Source: an uncultured Actinomycetes bacterium (GTDB lineage: Bacteria; Actinomycetota; JAICYB01). Taken from it: a DNA stretch of 64,000 nucleotides. The DNA is taken from NCBI GenBank assembly GCA_964560135.1, contig CAZLKN010000007.1, forward strand, positions 8,418-72,417, given 5' to 3'. Positions 8,489 through 16,892 of the stretch are shown piece by piece; the stretch's first letter is position 1; each line of letters opens with the position of its first letter. The notes below the pieces were generated by a model. That model had not been told where the DNA came from, ran no database searches, and saw only the letters and a program-made list of their open reading frames with translations. The translations under genes and the position numbers were made by a program.

Positions 8489-11400
8489 CTACAGCGCCTC
8501 GCCCCCGACGGCGTCTCCGACGAACCCGCCGGTCACCCAGCGGAGTCCGTCCTGGACACCCTCGGAACCGAAGCTGTCGCCCGCCGACAATGCCAGCGGA
8601 CCGAAACCCGCGACCCCGGTCGTGAAGACTCCCAGGATCGTGACCTGCTGGAACCCGGCGTCCGCGTCGCCCGAGGAGGCCGTCGTCACCTGCGTCACGC
8701 TGGCGGAGGCGTCCTCGATCATCGCGGCACTGGCGTCCTGACCACGCGGCCCCACGACACCGTCCACCAGGGCGAAAGCCGAAGCCTCACCACTGGTGGC
8801 GATGGGGGCGATGTGGTCGTTGACCTCCTGGACCGTGGCCCCGCGGACCAGCGTCTCCTGGACGCCGGCGAACGCATCGCCGGACGTCGCGGTGACGTCG
8901 ATCCGCAGTCGGAGGTCGGCGTCGCCGGCGAGCGTCGCAGACGCGTCCGCCGTGAGCGCCAGCGCGGTCGCTCCGACCACCAGGACGACCTCCGGGTCTC
9001 CGGGGTTGAACGGATCCACCCCGAGGCCGCTGAACGCCGTGGCCGGACCGGCCTCGGCGAGGGCGTCCTCGCTGATGTTGTCGTTCTGGACCGTGGAGTC
9101 CCGGGCGTCGGTGATCTGGGAGCCCGCGAAGGTGGAGCCACCCGTCGCCTCCGAGGTCTGCGCACGGTTCGCGCGCAGCGTGGAGTCGCCGATCTGCTCC
9201 GCGGTGGCCTCGAAGCCCGCCTCTGCGAAGGCGAGCGGACCGACGAACACCTGAGCGGCGTTCCCGGCCACCACAGGGCAGTCGCACCCGGCGATGGGGG
9301 CCAAAGCGTCGTTGAAGTTCTGGACCTCGGAGGTACCCGAGGCGGTCGTCGACTGCAGCCCGGCCGCGGCGTCACCGCTGGTGGCGGTGGCACGCTGGCC
9401 GAAACGCGCGTCGGTGTCGCCCACCAGGTCGGCGCTGGCGTCGCCCTCGCCGGCCGCAACGGGCCCAGCGAAGATCTCCACCTGGTTGCCACCCGGCACG
9501 AGGACGGTCGTCCCGAACTCGTCGGTGATCTCCCCGTCGCAGAGCACGGAGGCGCACGCCAGAGCACTGGTGGCGCTTCCGAAGTCGACGAGGTTGAGGT
9601 CCTGCACGATCGAGCGGTCGCGTGCGTCGGCCTCCTGGGAGGCGGCGGTGGCGTCGCCCGAGAAGGCTTCGGCCACCACGTCGAGGCGGAGGGTGTTGTC
9701 CCCCACCTGCGACGCGTTCGCGTCCGTCGCTCCGGCGAACGGACCGGCCACCCCGAAGACGAGGTTGTCGGCCAGAGCATCGCCGGACAGGGCGTCGTTG
9801 AAGAACGAGTCGTTGTCGTTCTGCACCACGGCGGAGTCCCGGGCGGTGGTCGTCTGTGACCCGCCGGTGGCGTCGCTGCTGACCGCGGTCGCCTCTCCGT
9901 TCAGCCGGGCCTCATCGTCTCCTACCTGGTCGGCCGTGGCCGGTCCGAAGATCCCGAACGCGACCGGGCCCGCGAAGAGCTGGGCCTCATTGGCCGCTCC
10001 GGCGAACCCGCTCACGACGAGGTCGAGGACCGAGGTGTTCACGTTCTGCACCGTCGACGAGTCGCGAGCGTCCGTGTCCTGGGAGCCGACGATGGCGTCC
10101 CCGGATCTGGAGGTCGCGTCGAGGTCGACGCGCACGTCCGTGTCCCCCACCTGGCCGGCGGACGCCGACTCGAAGATGGCGATGGCCGCTGGGCCGGACA
10201 CTGACGTCAGGAAGTTGTCACTCACCGAGTCCCCCGAAAGGGCCTGGTTGAGCTCGGACAGGTTGTCGTTCTGGACGACGGCCTGTCCGCGGGCATCGGT
10301 GTTCTGGACTCCCGCCCAGGCATCCCCGCTGGCGGCGTCGGCCACCGTGGCGATGTCGAACGAAGCGTCCCCCACCTGCGATGCGTCGGCATCCGCGCCG
10401 GCTCCGAAGGCCAAAGCCACCGGTCCGGCGAACGCCTCCACAACGCTCACTGCGTTTGCTGCTCCAGTTACTGCTTCGTCATCCTCACTCGCGCTGCGAT
10501 TCTGAACGGTCAACGCCCCGGCACGGTCACCCGTGGCCGCGGTCGTCTGGGAACCCGTCACGGCATCCCCGGAGGTCCCCGTCGCGTCCATGTCGAGAGC
10601 GCCTGAGGCGTTCCCGACCTGCGACGCGCCGGCGGACGAAGCTCCGTGGGCGAAGGGCCCGACGAAGGCGATGCCGAGGTTGGCCGCGAGTACCGGGCCT
10701 GACTCGGCGAGCCCGCCGGCTGCCGTGTTGTCGTTCTGGACGATCCCATCGGATGCGGTCGTGTCCTGGGTGCCGAGTGTGGCACCGCCGGACAGCCCGT
10801 CCGCCGACTGCGTGATGACCGCATCGGCGTCCCCGATCAGGCTCGCGTCGACCGGCTCCCCGGATCCGGAGATCGCGACCGGACCGGTCCCCGACGGTGC
10901 GGGGAAGGTCGGATCGGTCGAATCACCGAACACGTTGAGCACGTCGACGGCGCCGGAGAAGGCAAAGCCGCAGTCGGTCACAGCGTTCCCGCATTCATTG
11001 GTGTTCTGGACGATCGCGCCGTCCGAGGCGGTGAACTGTGATCCGGCGCGGGCTGGGCCGCTCTCTCCGATCGCGTCCTGTGAGATGTCCAGGTTCCCGT
11101 CACCGACCATCGACGCGTTCGCGCCCTCGCCTGTGGCGTAGGGCCCGTTGTGGGCGTCGACGGAATTGAACGAGGTGACGGGACCCGACTCGGCGGTGGC
11201 TCCGACGGAGCTGTTGTTGTTCTGCTCCGTGGATCCCGCCTCCGGTGTCGATGTCTGCGAGCCGGCCGAGGCCGGTCCGCTCGACGCCGACGAGTTCTGA
11301 CCGACGGTGGTGTCCGTATCGCCCACCATCGACGCGCTCGCGCCGTCCTGCGCCGCGGGGCCCGACTGAAGAGTCGTCGAGTTCCCTGCGGCCACCGGAG

Positions 11401-11548
11401 CGGACGTGGCGGTCGAGTCGGTCGACTCGTTCCCGTTCTGAACCACGGTCCCGTCCTGCGCGGAGGCCGAACCCCCGAGCCACAGAACAGAACCTGCGCA
11501 CGCGAGCGCGAGGACGGCGAGCAATCTCGCTATCGATCTCGCGTTCAT
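8489..11548 (-). CDS. Secreted acidic repeat protein R3, divergent subtype (1019 aa, about 12 repeats)
   Basis: The track ORF was trimmed to the ATG at 11548, preceded by AGGAGG. Signal peptide MNARSIARLLAVLALACAGSVLWLGGSASA. Repeats keep VQN-x-N, AGP, QVGD and SGDA-x-x-G-x-Q, but the VTG-x-VGG tail is replaced by T(D/T)ARD. Three Cys pairs are present (NECGNAVTDCG, LACASVLCDG, GCDC). Confidence 0.85.
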   Translation of the reverse strand: MNARSIARLLAVLALACAGSVLWLGGSASAQDGTVVQNGNESTDSTATSAPVAAGNSTTLQSGPAAQDGASASMVGDTDTTVGQNSSASSGPASAGSQTSTPEAGSTEQNNNSSVGATAESGPVTSFNSVDAHNGPYATGEGANASMVGDGNLDISQDAIGESGPARAGSQFTASDGAIVQNTNECGNAVTDCGFAFSGAVDVLNVFGDSTDPTFPAPSGTGPVAISGSGEPVDASLIGDADAVITQSADGLSGGATLGTQDTTASDGIVQNDNTAAGGLAESGPVLAANLGIAFVGPFAHGASSAGASQVGNASGALDMDATGTSGDAVTGSQTTAATGDRAGALTVQNRSASEDDEAVTGAANAVSVVEAFAGPVALAFGAGADADASQVGDASFDIATVADAASGDAWAGVQNTDARGQAVVQNDNLSELNQALSGDSVSDNFLTSVSGPAAIAIFESASAGQVGDTDVRVDLDATSRSGDAIVGSQDTDARDSSTVQNVNTSVLDLVVSGFAGAANEAQLFAGPVAFGIFGPATADQVGDDEARLNGEATAVSSDATGGSQTTTARDSAVVQNDNDSFFNDALSGDALADNLVFGVAGPFAGATDANASQVGDNTLRLDVVAEAFSGDATAASQEADARDRSIVQDLNLVDFGSATSALACASVLCDGEITDEFGTTVLVPGGNQVEIFAGPVAAGEGDASADLVGDTDARFGQRATATSGDAAAGLQSTTASGTSEVQNFNDALAPIAGCDCPVVAGNAAQVFVGPLAFAEAGFEATAEQIGDSTLRANRAQTSEATGGSTFAGSQITDARDSTVQNDNISEDALAEAGPATAFSGLGVDPFNPGDPEVVLVVGATALALTADASATLAGDADLRLRIDVTATSGDAFAGVQETLVRGATVQEVNDHIAPIATSGEASAFALVDGVVGPRGQDASAAMIEDASASVTQVTTASSGDADAGFQQVTILGVFTTGVAGFGPLALSAGDSFGSEGVQDGLRWVTGGFVGDAVGGEAL

Positions 11549-11822
11549 CGTGCCTCCTGATCGATCACGTGCAGCGTGCACGCGACAACAAACAACGAAC
11601 GAAGCTGGACCTTCCGGAGGTCACCTCCTCGAGGCCGAGCACCGACCGGTCCGAGGTCGGCGCCCACCACACCAGGGCTCGCTACGAACAGCTCGCAGCG
11701 GCGAGTGGTCAGCATATCAGAGGCCCGCGGTGCCGCGGTCAACCGCCACTGGGGGCCGTAGCCCCGGAAGGGCCTCAACCCGGTTCATGTTGAGGTCGAG
11801 GGTGGCCTCTGACCTGGGAAAA

Positions 11823-11852
11823 GGAGAGGGGCCCCCGTCGGGGCCCCTCTCC
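11823..11852 (-). terminator. Intrinsic terminator downstream of R4
   Basis: 13-bp stem GGAGAGGGGCCCC/GGGGCCCCTCTCC with a 4-nt loop, 22 nt past the R4 stop. Followed on the minus strand by UUUUCCC. Confidence 0.7.
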
Positions 11853-11874
11853 GAACTACAGACGACCGGATCGT

Positions 11875-14313
11875 TTACACGATCCCGATCACCGTTCCAC
11901 CGGACACCGCATCGCCCGTAATGGCGTCGGTCGCCTGCCCCGCGGTGACGGAGTTGTCACCGACCTGGGAGACGGTACCGGGGTTCGCCACCGGACCCAC
12001 CGAGCCCGCCGCAAGGTTCGTGGCGAAGGCGTCGAGGGTCAGGGCGAACGGTGCAGTGGCGTTGTTCACGTGCTGGACGGTCGCGTCCCGAGCTCCCGCC
12101 ACACCCACAACCTGGCCGCCTGCTACGGCGTCCCCGCTGTGGGCGGTGGCGATCTGGTCGAGGTCGATCGAGTTGTCCCCGATCTGGTTCGCACTGGCGG
12201 TACCCGCGCCGGAAGCGATGGCCTCGGGTCCTGCCAGCACGATCGCGTCGTTGAACGCCTCCGCGAATCCGGAGATCGCCAACGCATCGGTGCTGGTGTT
12301 GGTGAGCTGGGCCACGACGTCACGGCCGCCAACCACACCGAGTACCTGCGACCCCGCCACGGCGTCGCCGGAGACCGCGAGGGCCTCCTGCGCGACGAAC
12401 GTGTCGTTGTCGCCGAACTGGGTGGCGGTGGCTGTGCCATCGTCCGTTACTGCCGAGGGTCCGGCGAACACGTCGCCCAGGTTCACCGCGAGCGCGTCGC
12501 CCGAGAAGGCGAACGGCGCGTCGGCGTTGTTCTGGGCCTGCACGGTCACGTCGCGGGAAGCGACGATCCCGAACACCTGTCCACCGGCCACGGCGTCACC
12601 CGACTCGGCCTCCGCGAGCTGCGCGAGGCCTGCCGAGTTGTCACCGTTCTGAACTGCGGACGCCGTGCCGGTCCCCGAGGTGCTGGCGACCGGTCCGGCT
12701 TCCACGAGCCCTGCGTTAAAGGCCGTGGCGTTACCGGAGAACGCCGTGGCGTCGACCGTGTTGTTCCCGGACTGCACGACGGCATCCCGGGTGTCCACGA
12801 TCCCGACCACGGTCCCACCGGCGACAGCATCGCCGCTGGTGGCCGACGCATCCTGGACGAGCAGCGCGTCGTTGTCGCCCAGCTGGGCGGCTGAAGCGCT
12901 TCCATCCGCACCGGAGGCGGCAGAAGGCCCGGCGAGCACGAGGCCGTCGTTGAAGGCCTCCGCATCACCGGAGAAGGCGAACGGAGCATCGGCCACGTTC
13001 TGGCCCTGCACCGTCACGTCGCTGCCGCCGACCGAGCCCGTAATTTGCGAGCCCGCCACAGCGTCACCGCTCGTTGCCTCTGCCGTCTGTACCACCGTCA
13101 CGTCGTTGTCTCCGTTCTGAGTAGCTTGTGCGATCGCGCCGTCCGTGAAAGCTTCCGGACCGGCGATGACCAGCACGTCGTTCACCGAATCGGCATTACC
13201 CGAAATGGCTACCGGGTCTTCGCTGGACTGCTGGTTCTGGACCGTGAGGTGTCCTCGCTGCGCCGATACCAGACCAGTCACCTGCGAACCCGCCACGGCG
13301 TCACCCGATGTGGACACAGCTTCCTGATCAACCAGGACGTCGTTGTCGCCGACCTGGCTGGACTGGGCCGTACCCGTCACCGAGAACGCGGCCGGGCCCG
13401 CCAGTACCGCGGAGAAATTCTCCGCGAAGGCGTTCCCGGATATCGCGACCGGATCCGTGGATGCATTCTGGTTCTGGATCGTGGCATCACCGTTGCCGAC
13501 ATAGCCCGTTACCTGGCTACCGGCAACGGCGTCACCCGACGCGGCCTCGCTGGACTGCCTCAGAACGGCGTCGTTGTCGCCGACCTGAGCTGCGTTGGCC
13601 GTGCCGTCTACGGTGTCGGAGAAGGGACCGGCGGCCACGAACGCGTCGTTGAACGCGTCTGCGTCACCTGAGATACCGACCGCGTCGGTACTCGAGTTCG
13701 TGCCCTGGACGACGCCATCGCCGCCCACGATCCCTGCCACCTGGGAGCCGGCGACTGCCGACCCTGTCCCGGCGACACTCTCCTGATCAACCCTCACGCT
13801 GTTGTCCCCGACCTGGGATGCGTTTGCGTCTCCGGTGCCCGTGGCCGTGGCTTCTGGGCCAGCGGTCACATCGGCGTTGTTCGACGCCGTTGCGTCACCG
13901 GATACTGCGGTGGCACCCGTAGACGTGTTCGTCTGCTGGATGGTGCCTCCGCCCACGCTCCCGCTCACCTGTGAACCCGCCACCGCATCGCCCGACTGGG
14001 CTTCCGCTGACTGGTCCACGGTGACCGAGTTGTCTCCGATCTGGGACGACTGAGCTCCTCCGCCCGTCGCGGCAGGTCCGGCGCCGACGGTCGCGTTGTT
14101 GCTCGCGTCCGCCGTCGACGAAACCGCCGTCGAATCGGTGGAGGAGTTCGAGCCCTGAACCGTGGTGGAGTCGGCTGCCGCCGGAGAAGCTTCCGGAGAA
14201 GCTTCCGGCGTCGGCGTGGGTTCCTGCGCCGAAGCGCTACCCGCACCGATCAACAGTCCGAATCCCGCCAGCGCCCCGATAACCAGCCCGTAGGCCAGTC
14301 TGGGTCGCTGCAT
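11875..14313 (-). CDS. Secreted acidic repeat protein R4 (812 aa, 10 repeats)
   Basis: RBS GGGAGG. Signal peptide MQRPRLAYGLVIGALAGFGLLIGAGSASA, short PT/PEAS linker, then 10 units ending in SGDAVAGSQVTG-like cores. No Lys, Cys or Trp seen. Confidence 0.85.
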   Translation of the reverse strand: MQRPRLAYGLVIGALAGFGLLIGAGSASAQEPTPTPEASPEASPAAADSTTVQGSNSSTDSTAVSSTADASNNATVGAGPAATGGGAQSSQIGDNSVTVDQSAEAQSGDAVAGSQVSGSVGGGTIQQTNTSTGATAVSGDATASNNADVTAGPEATATGTGDANASQVGDNSVRVDQESVAGTGSAVAGSQVAGIVGGDGVVQGTNSSTDAVGISGDADAFNDAFVAAGPFSDTVDGTANAAQVGDNDAVLRQSSEAASGDAVAGSQVTGYVGNGDATIQNQNASTDPVAISGNAFAENFSAVLAGPAAFSVTGTAQSSQVGDNDVLVDQEAVSTSGDAVAGSQVTGLVSAQRGHLTVQNQQSSEDPVAISGNADSVNDVLVIAGPEAFTDGAIAQATQNGDNDVTVVQTAEATSGDAVAGSQITGSVGGSDVTVQGQNVADAPFAFSGDAEAFNDGLVLAGPSAASGADGSASAAQLGDNDALLVQDASATSGDAVAGGTVVGIVDTRDAVVQSGNNTVDATAFSGNATAFNAGLVEAGPVASTSGTGTASAVQNGDNSAGLAQLAEAESGDAVAGGQVFGIVASRDVTVQAQNNADAPFAFSGDALAVNLGDVFAGPSAVTDDGTATATQFGDNDTFVAQEALAVSGDAVAGSQVLGVVGGRDVVAQLTNTSTDALAISGFAEAFNDAIVLAGPEAIASGAGTASANQIGDNSIDLDQIATAHSGDAVAGGQVVGVAGARDATVQHVNNATAPFALTLDAFATNLAAGSVGPVANPGTVSQVGDNSVTAGQATDAITGDAVSGGTVIGIV

Positions 14314-14598
14314 ATTACCTCCCTAGGTTCGTCCGACGCCGGCCGAAGCCGGCGCAAGAGGCTCACCTCATGACTTCGGGCCCTCCTGGTTCACCTCCCT
14401 TTCAGGCGGTGGATCCCCCTGGCCCGGTGGGGGTCCGCCGTCATGACTGCACCCCGGCGACCGTCGCCACCGGGGACAACACGTTACTCCTGTTCAGCGC
14501 ATCCGCAAAGCGGTTGTCCAATACATCACGCTAAGACACCCAAGCAACACTATTCGTCACCGGGCCACAGGAAGAAACGGACATTCGACGTGTCCGCC

Positions 14599-16806
14599 TC
14601 AGCGGACGTCGAAGGCGTCCACGAAGGTGAACCCGTAGCGGGAGCTGGGGTTCTTGTCCCCGGTCACGACCACCTCGATCGTGTGGGAGCCGACACCGAG
14701 ACCGGTGGCCTCGAAGAGCACCACCCGGTGGCTGGTGGCGGACGAGTAACTGTCGACCCGGTCAACCACGCTGCCGTCGATCCGGACCTCGGTGATGCCC
14801 CCGTCGGGGTCGCGCATCCCGATCCACCGGATGTCGGTGCCCGTGAAGGTGAAGGCCGCGCTGTCCCCGGTCCGCAGGGCCCGGCTGTAGCCGCCGCCGC
14901 TGGCCGACGAATCCGACCGCGTGCGCCAGCCACCGTCGTAGACGATCGCCGACGAGCCGTCCTCGGTCCGCTGCCAGGTCCCGGGGGCCGTCGTCGGGGT
15001 CGGGGTGGGCGTGGGCGTCGGTGTCGGTGTGGGCGTCGGGCTGGCGGTCGGTGTCGGGGTGGGGGTCGGCGTCGGGTCGGGGTCGCTCGAGGCGCCACCG
15101 GACGAGGCCTCGAAGGCGTCCACGTAGGTGAAGCCATACCGGGAGTCGGGGTGCTTGTCCCCCGTCACGACCAGCTCGATCGTGTGCGGTCCGGCCGTCA
15201 GTCCCGAGACCTCGTATATGACCTTCTGGTACTCGGTGGTCGAGGCGTAGCCGTCGATACGCCCGACGAACGCGCCGTCGACCCTGACCTCCGTGATCCC
15301 GGCGTCCGACGAACGGATACCGATCCAGCGCGCCGCCGTGCCGTCGAAGGAGAAGGTGACCGAATCACCCGTGTAGCGAGAGTACGTGTACGTCCCCCCG
15401 CTCACGAGCGAGGAACTCCTGGTCCGCCAGTACCCCGAGTACGACGGGCTCGAGGAGTTGTCCTCGGTGCGGGTCCACACGCCGTCGGGTTCCGGCGTCG
15501 GCGTGGGGGTGGGACTCGCGGTCGGTGTCGGGCTCGGGTCGCTCTCGGAGGCACCCACGGCGCGGGCGAGGTTCAGACGGCCCTCACTCGACACCTTCCC
15601 GGCCAACGCCGGGATCTTGTCCACGCTGGACAGCAGCCGGTCGCGTACCGAGGTGTAGCTCCACCCCGGGTTGGCGGCCCAGACCAGCGCCGCCGCCCCC
15701 GCCACCGCGGGAGCCGACATCGAGGTCCCACTCATGTACATGTAGCCGCCGGGCACGGTCGAGTAGATCGACGAGCCGGGGGCCCCGATGTGGACGGTGG
15801 TCGGGCCGTAGCTGGAGAAGGACGACAGGTTGTCGTACCGGTCGGTGGATGCCACGGTCACGACGTTGGCGTTGGAGCAAGTGGCGGGCCACGTGGCCCG
15901 CGTGTCGTTGTTGCGCCCGTCGTTGCCGGCAGCGGCCACGAACAGCACGCCCCTGGCCTTCGCGTACTCGAGGGCGTCGAAGATCACCGACGGGCAGCTT
16001 CCGGAGCCGCCCCAGGATGCGTTCATCACGGTCTTGCGCCCCGTGGAGGAGGCGTGGTCGGCGACCATCCGGATCGCCTGGGCGCCACCGCTGGAGGAGA
16101 AGTCGAAGGGGACGTCGACGAGCCCGACCTCCCAGTTGACCCCCGAGACTCCGAGGCTGTTGTTCCCCCGGGCCCCCGCGATGCCCGCGACATGCGATCC
16201 GTGCCTGCAGGAGGACGAGGAGAACGGGCAATTCCCCTGGAAGAGCCTGGTCAGGTAGTTCGGACTCAGGTCCTCGTGTGTCTCCTGGAGGCCCGTGTCG
16301 ATCACGGCGACCGAGACCGCCGAGGAGCCTTTCGTCACCGTCCACGCATCGGTGGCGGAGATGTCGGCACCCGGCGTGCCGCCGGACTGTCCGGTGTTCT
16401 CGAGGCCCCACTGCACGCCGAAATTCGGGTCATTGGGGACGACGGCGAACGGTTCGGCCAGGAAATCGGGTTCCGCGAAGCGGACCCGCCGGTCCGACCG
16501 GTAGGCACGGAGACGTTTGTCGAGGTCAGCGCCCGACGCGAGCCGCACCACCTCCACGTGCAGAGGTTCGATCCGCCGCTCCACCCGGTCGCCCCCGCGG
16601 TCGCGGTGGGTACGTGCGCGGTCCACGCCGCTGGTCCGGGGCTGAAAACCGACCACGATGCGATCGGGAGCGTACGAGCCGGCGGGCGTCTCGGCCCCCG
16701 CGCCCGGACCGCCGGCCGGAAGGAGCGTGAGCAGGAGCGCCACGGCAGCGGCGATCGTCCCCGTCCTTTCCCAGCGTCCACCCATCTCGATCGTGCCTCT
16801 CGTCAA
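14599..16806 (-). CDS. Secreted subtilisin-like (S8) serine peptidase with two C-terminal beta-sandwich (carbohydrate-binding-like) domains
   Basis: Catalytic motifs VAVIDTGL (Asp), [10 protein letters not shown] (His), AAAGNDG and [12 protein letters not shown] (Ser). An inhibitor_I9-like propeptide sits after the signal sequence. Two similar domains of about 125 aa (W-x-RTED ... GITEVR-x-DG ... HTIE-x-VVTGDK-x-P-x-SRYGFT-x-VDAF) are separated by PT linkers. The start codon (16806 or 16785) is uncertain. Confidence 0.9.
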   Translation of the reverse strand: MTRGTIEMGGRWERTGTIAAAVALLLTLLPAGGPGAGAETPAGSYAPDRIVVGFQPRTSGVDRARTHRDRGGDRVERRIEPLHVEVVRLASGADLDKRLRAYRSDRRVRFAEPDFLAEPFAVVPNDPNFGVQWGLENTGQSGGTPGADISATDAWTVTKGSSAVSVAVIDTGLQETHEDLSPNYLTRLFQGNCPFSSSSCRHGSHVAGIAGARGNNSLGVSGVNWEVGLVDVPFDFSSSGGAQAIRMVADHASSTGRKTVMNASWGGSGSCPSVIFDALEYAKARGVLFVAAAGNDGRNNDTRATWPATCSNANVVTVASTDRYDNLSSFSSYGPTTVHIGAPGSSIYSTVPGGYMYMSGTSMSAPAVAGAAALVWAANPGWSYTSVRDRLLSSVDKIPALAGKVSSEGRLNLARAVGASESDPSPTPTASPTPTPTPEPDGVWTRTEDNSSSPSYSGYWRTRSSSLVSGGTYTYSRYTGDSVTFSFDGTAARWIGIRSSDAGITEVRVDGAFVGRIDGYASTTEYQKVIYEVSGLTAGPHTIELVVTGDKHPDSRYGFTYVDAFEASSGGASSDPDPTPTPTPTPTASPTPTPTPTPTPTPTPTTAPGTWQRTEDGSSAIVYDGGWRTRSDSSASGGGYSRALRTGDSAAFTFTGTDIRWIGMRDPDGGITEVRIDGSVVDRVDSYSSATSHRVVLFEATGLGVGSHTIEVVVTGDKNPSSRYGFTFVDAFDVR

Positions 16807-16892
16807 GAAAACCCCGCGCCACGTGGAGCTCGCGGGGCTGCTTCACTCTATAAAGAGTCATCGGCCCCCTACAACAGGTTCTGAAGCTCCGG

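Larger units (their letters stand above)
2747..14313 (-). repeat. Coding tandem repeats: about 43 in-frame copies of a 228-246-nt (76-82-aa) unit spread over four complete genes
   Basis: I count the SGDA-x-AG-x-Q core 11, 10, 12 and 10 times in the four proteins. At nucleotide level, ccgatcacctgcgagccggccaccgcgtcgcc is identical at 2853..2884 and 3081..3112, exactly 228 nt (76 codons) apart. Confidence 0.85.

Noticed and set aside
5708-11560. Series of long plus-strand ORFs (5708..7450, 7665..8741, 8243..9859, 9294..10505 and others) across R2 and R3
   Set aside because: Same antisense or alternative-frame artefact. They overlap each other in different frames, lack start context and have Arg- or Ser/Pro-rich junk composition.
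2747-14313. Regular ~230-nt periodicity that could suggest a CRISPR array or satellite DNA
   Set aside because: The repeats are in frame, degenerate at the DNA level and conserved at the protein level. There are no short identical repeats separated by unique spacers, and no cas genes are present.
14443-16884. 813-aa plus-strand ORF
   Set aside because: It lies antisense to the S8 protease, whose catalytic triad motifs are unambiguous. The product is Arg/Gly/Pro-rich.
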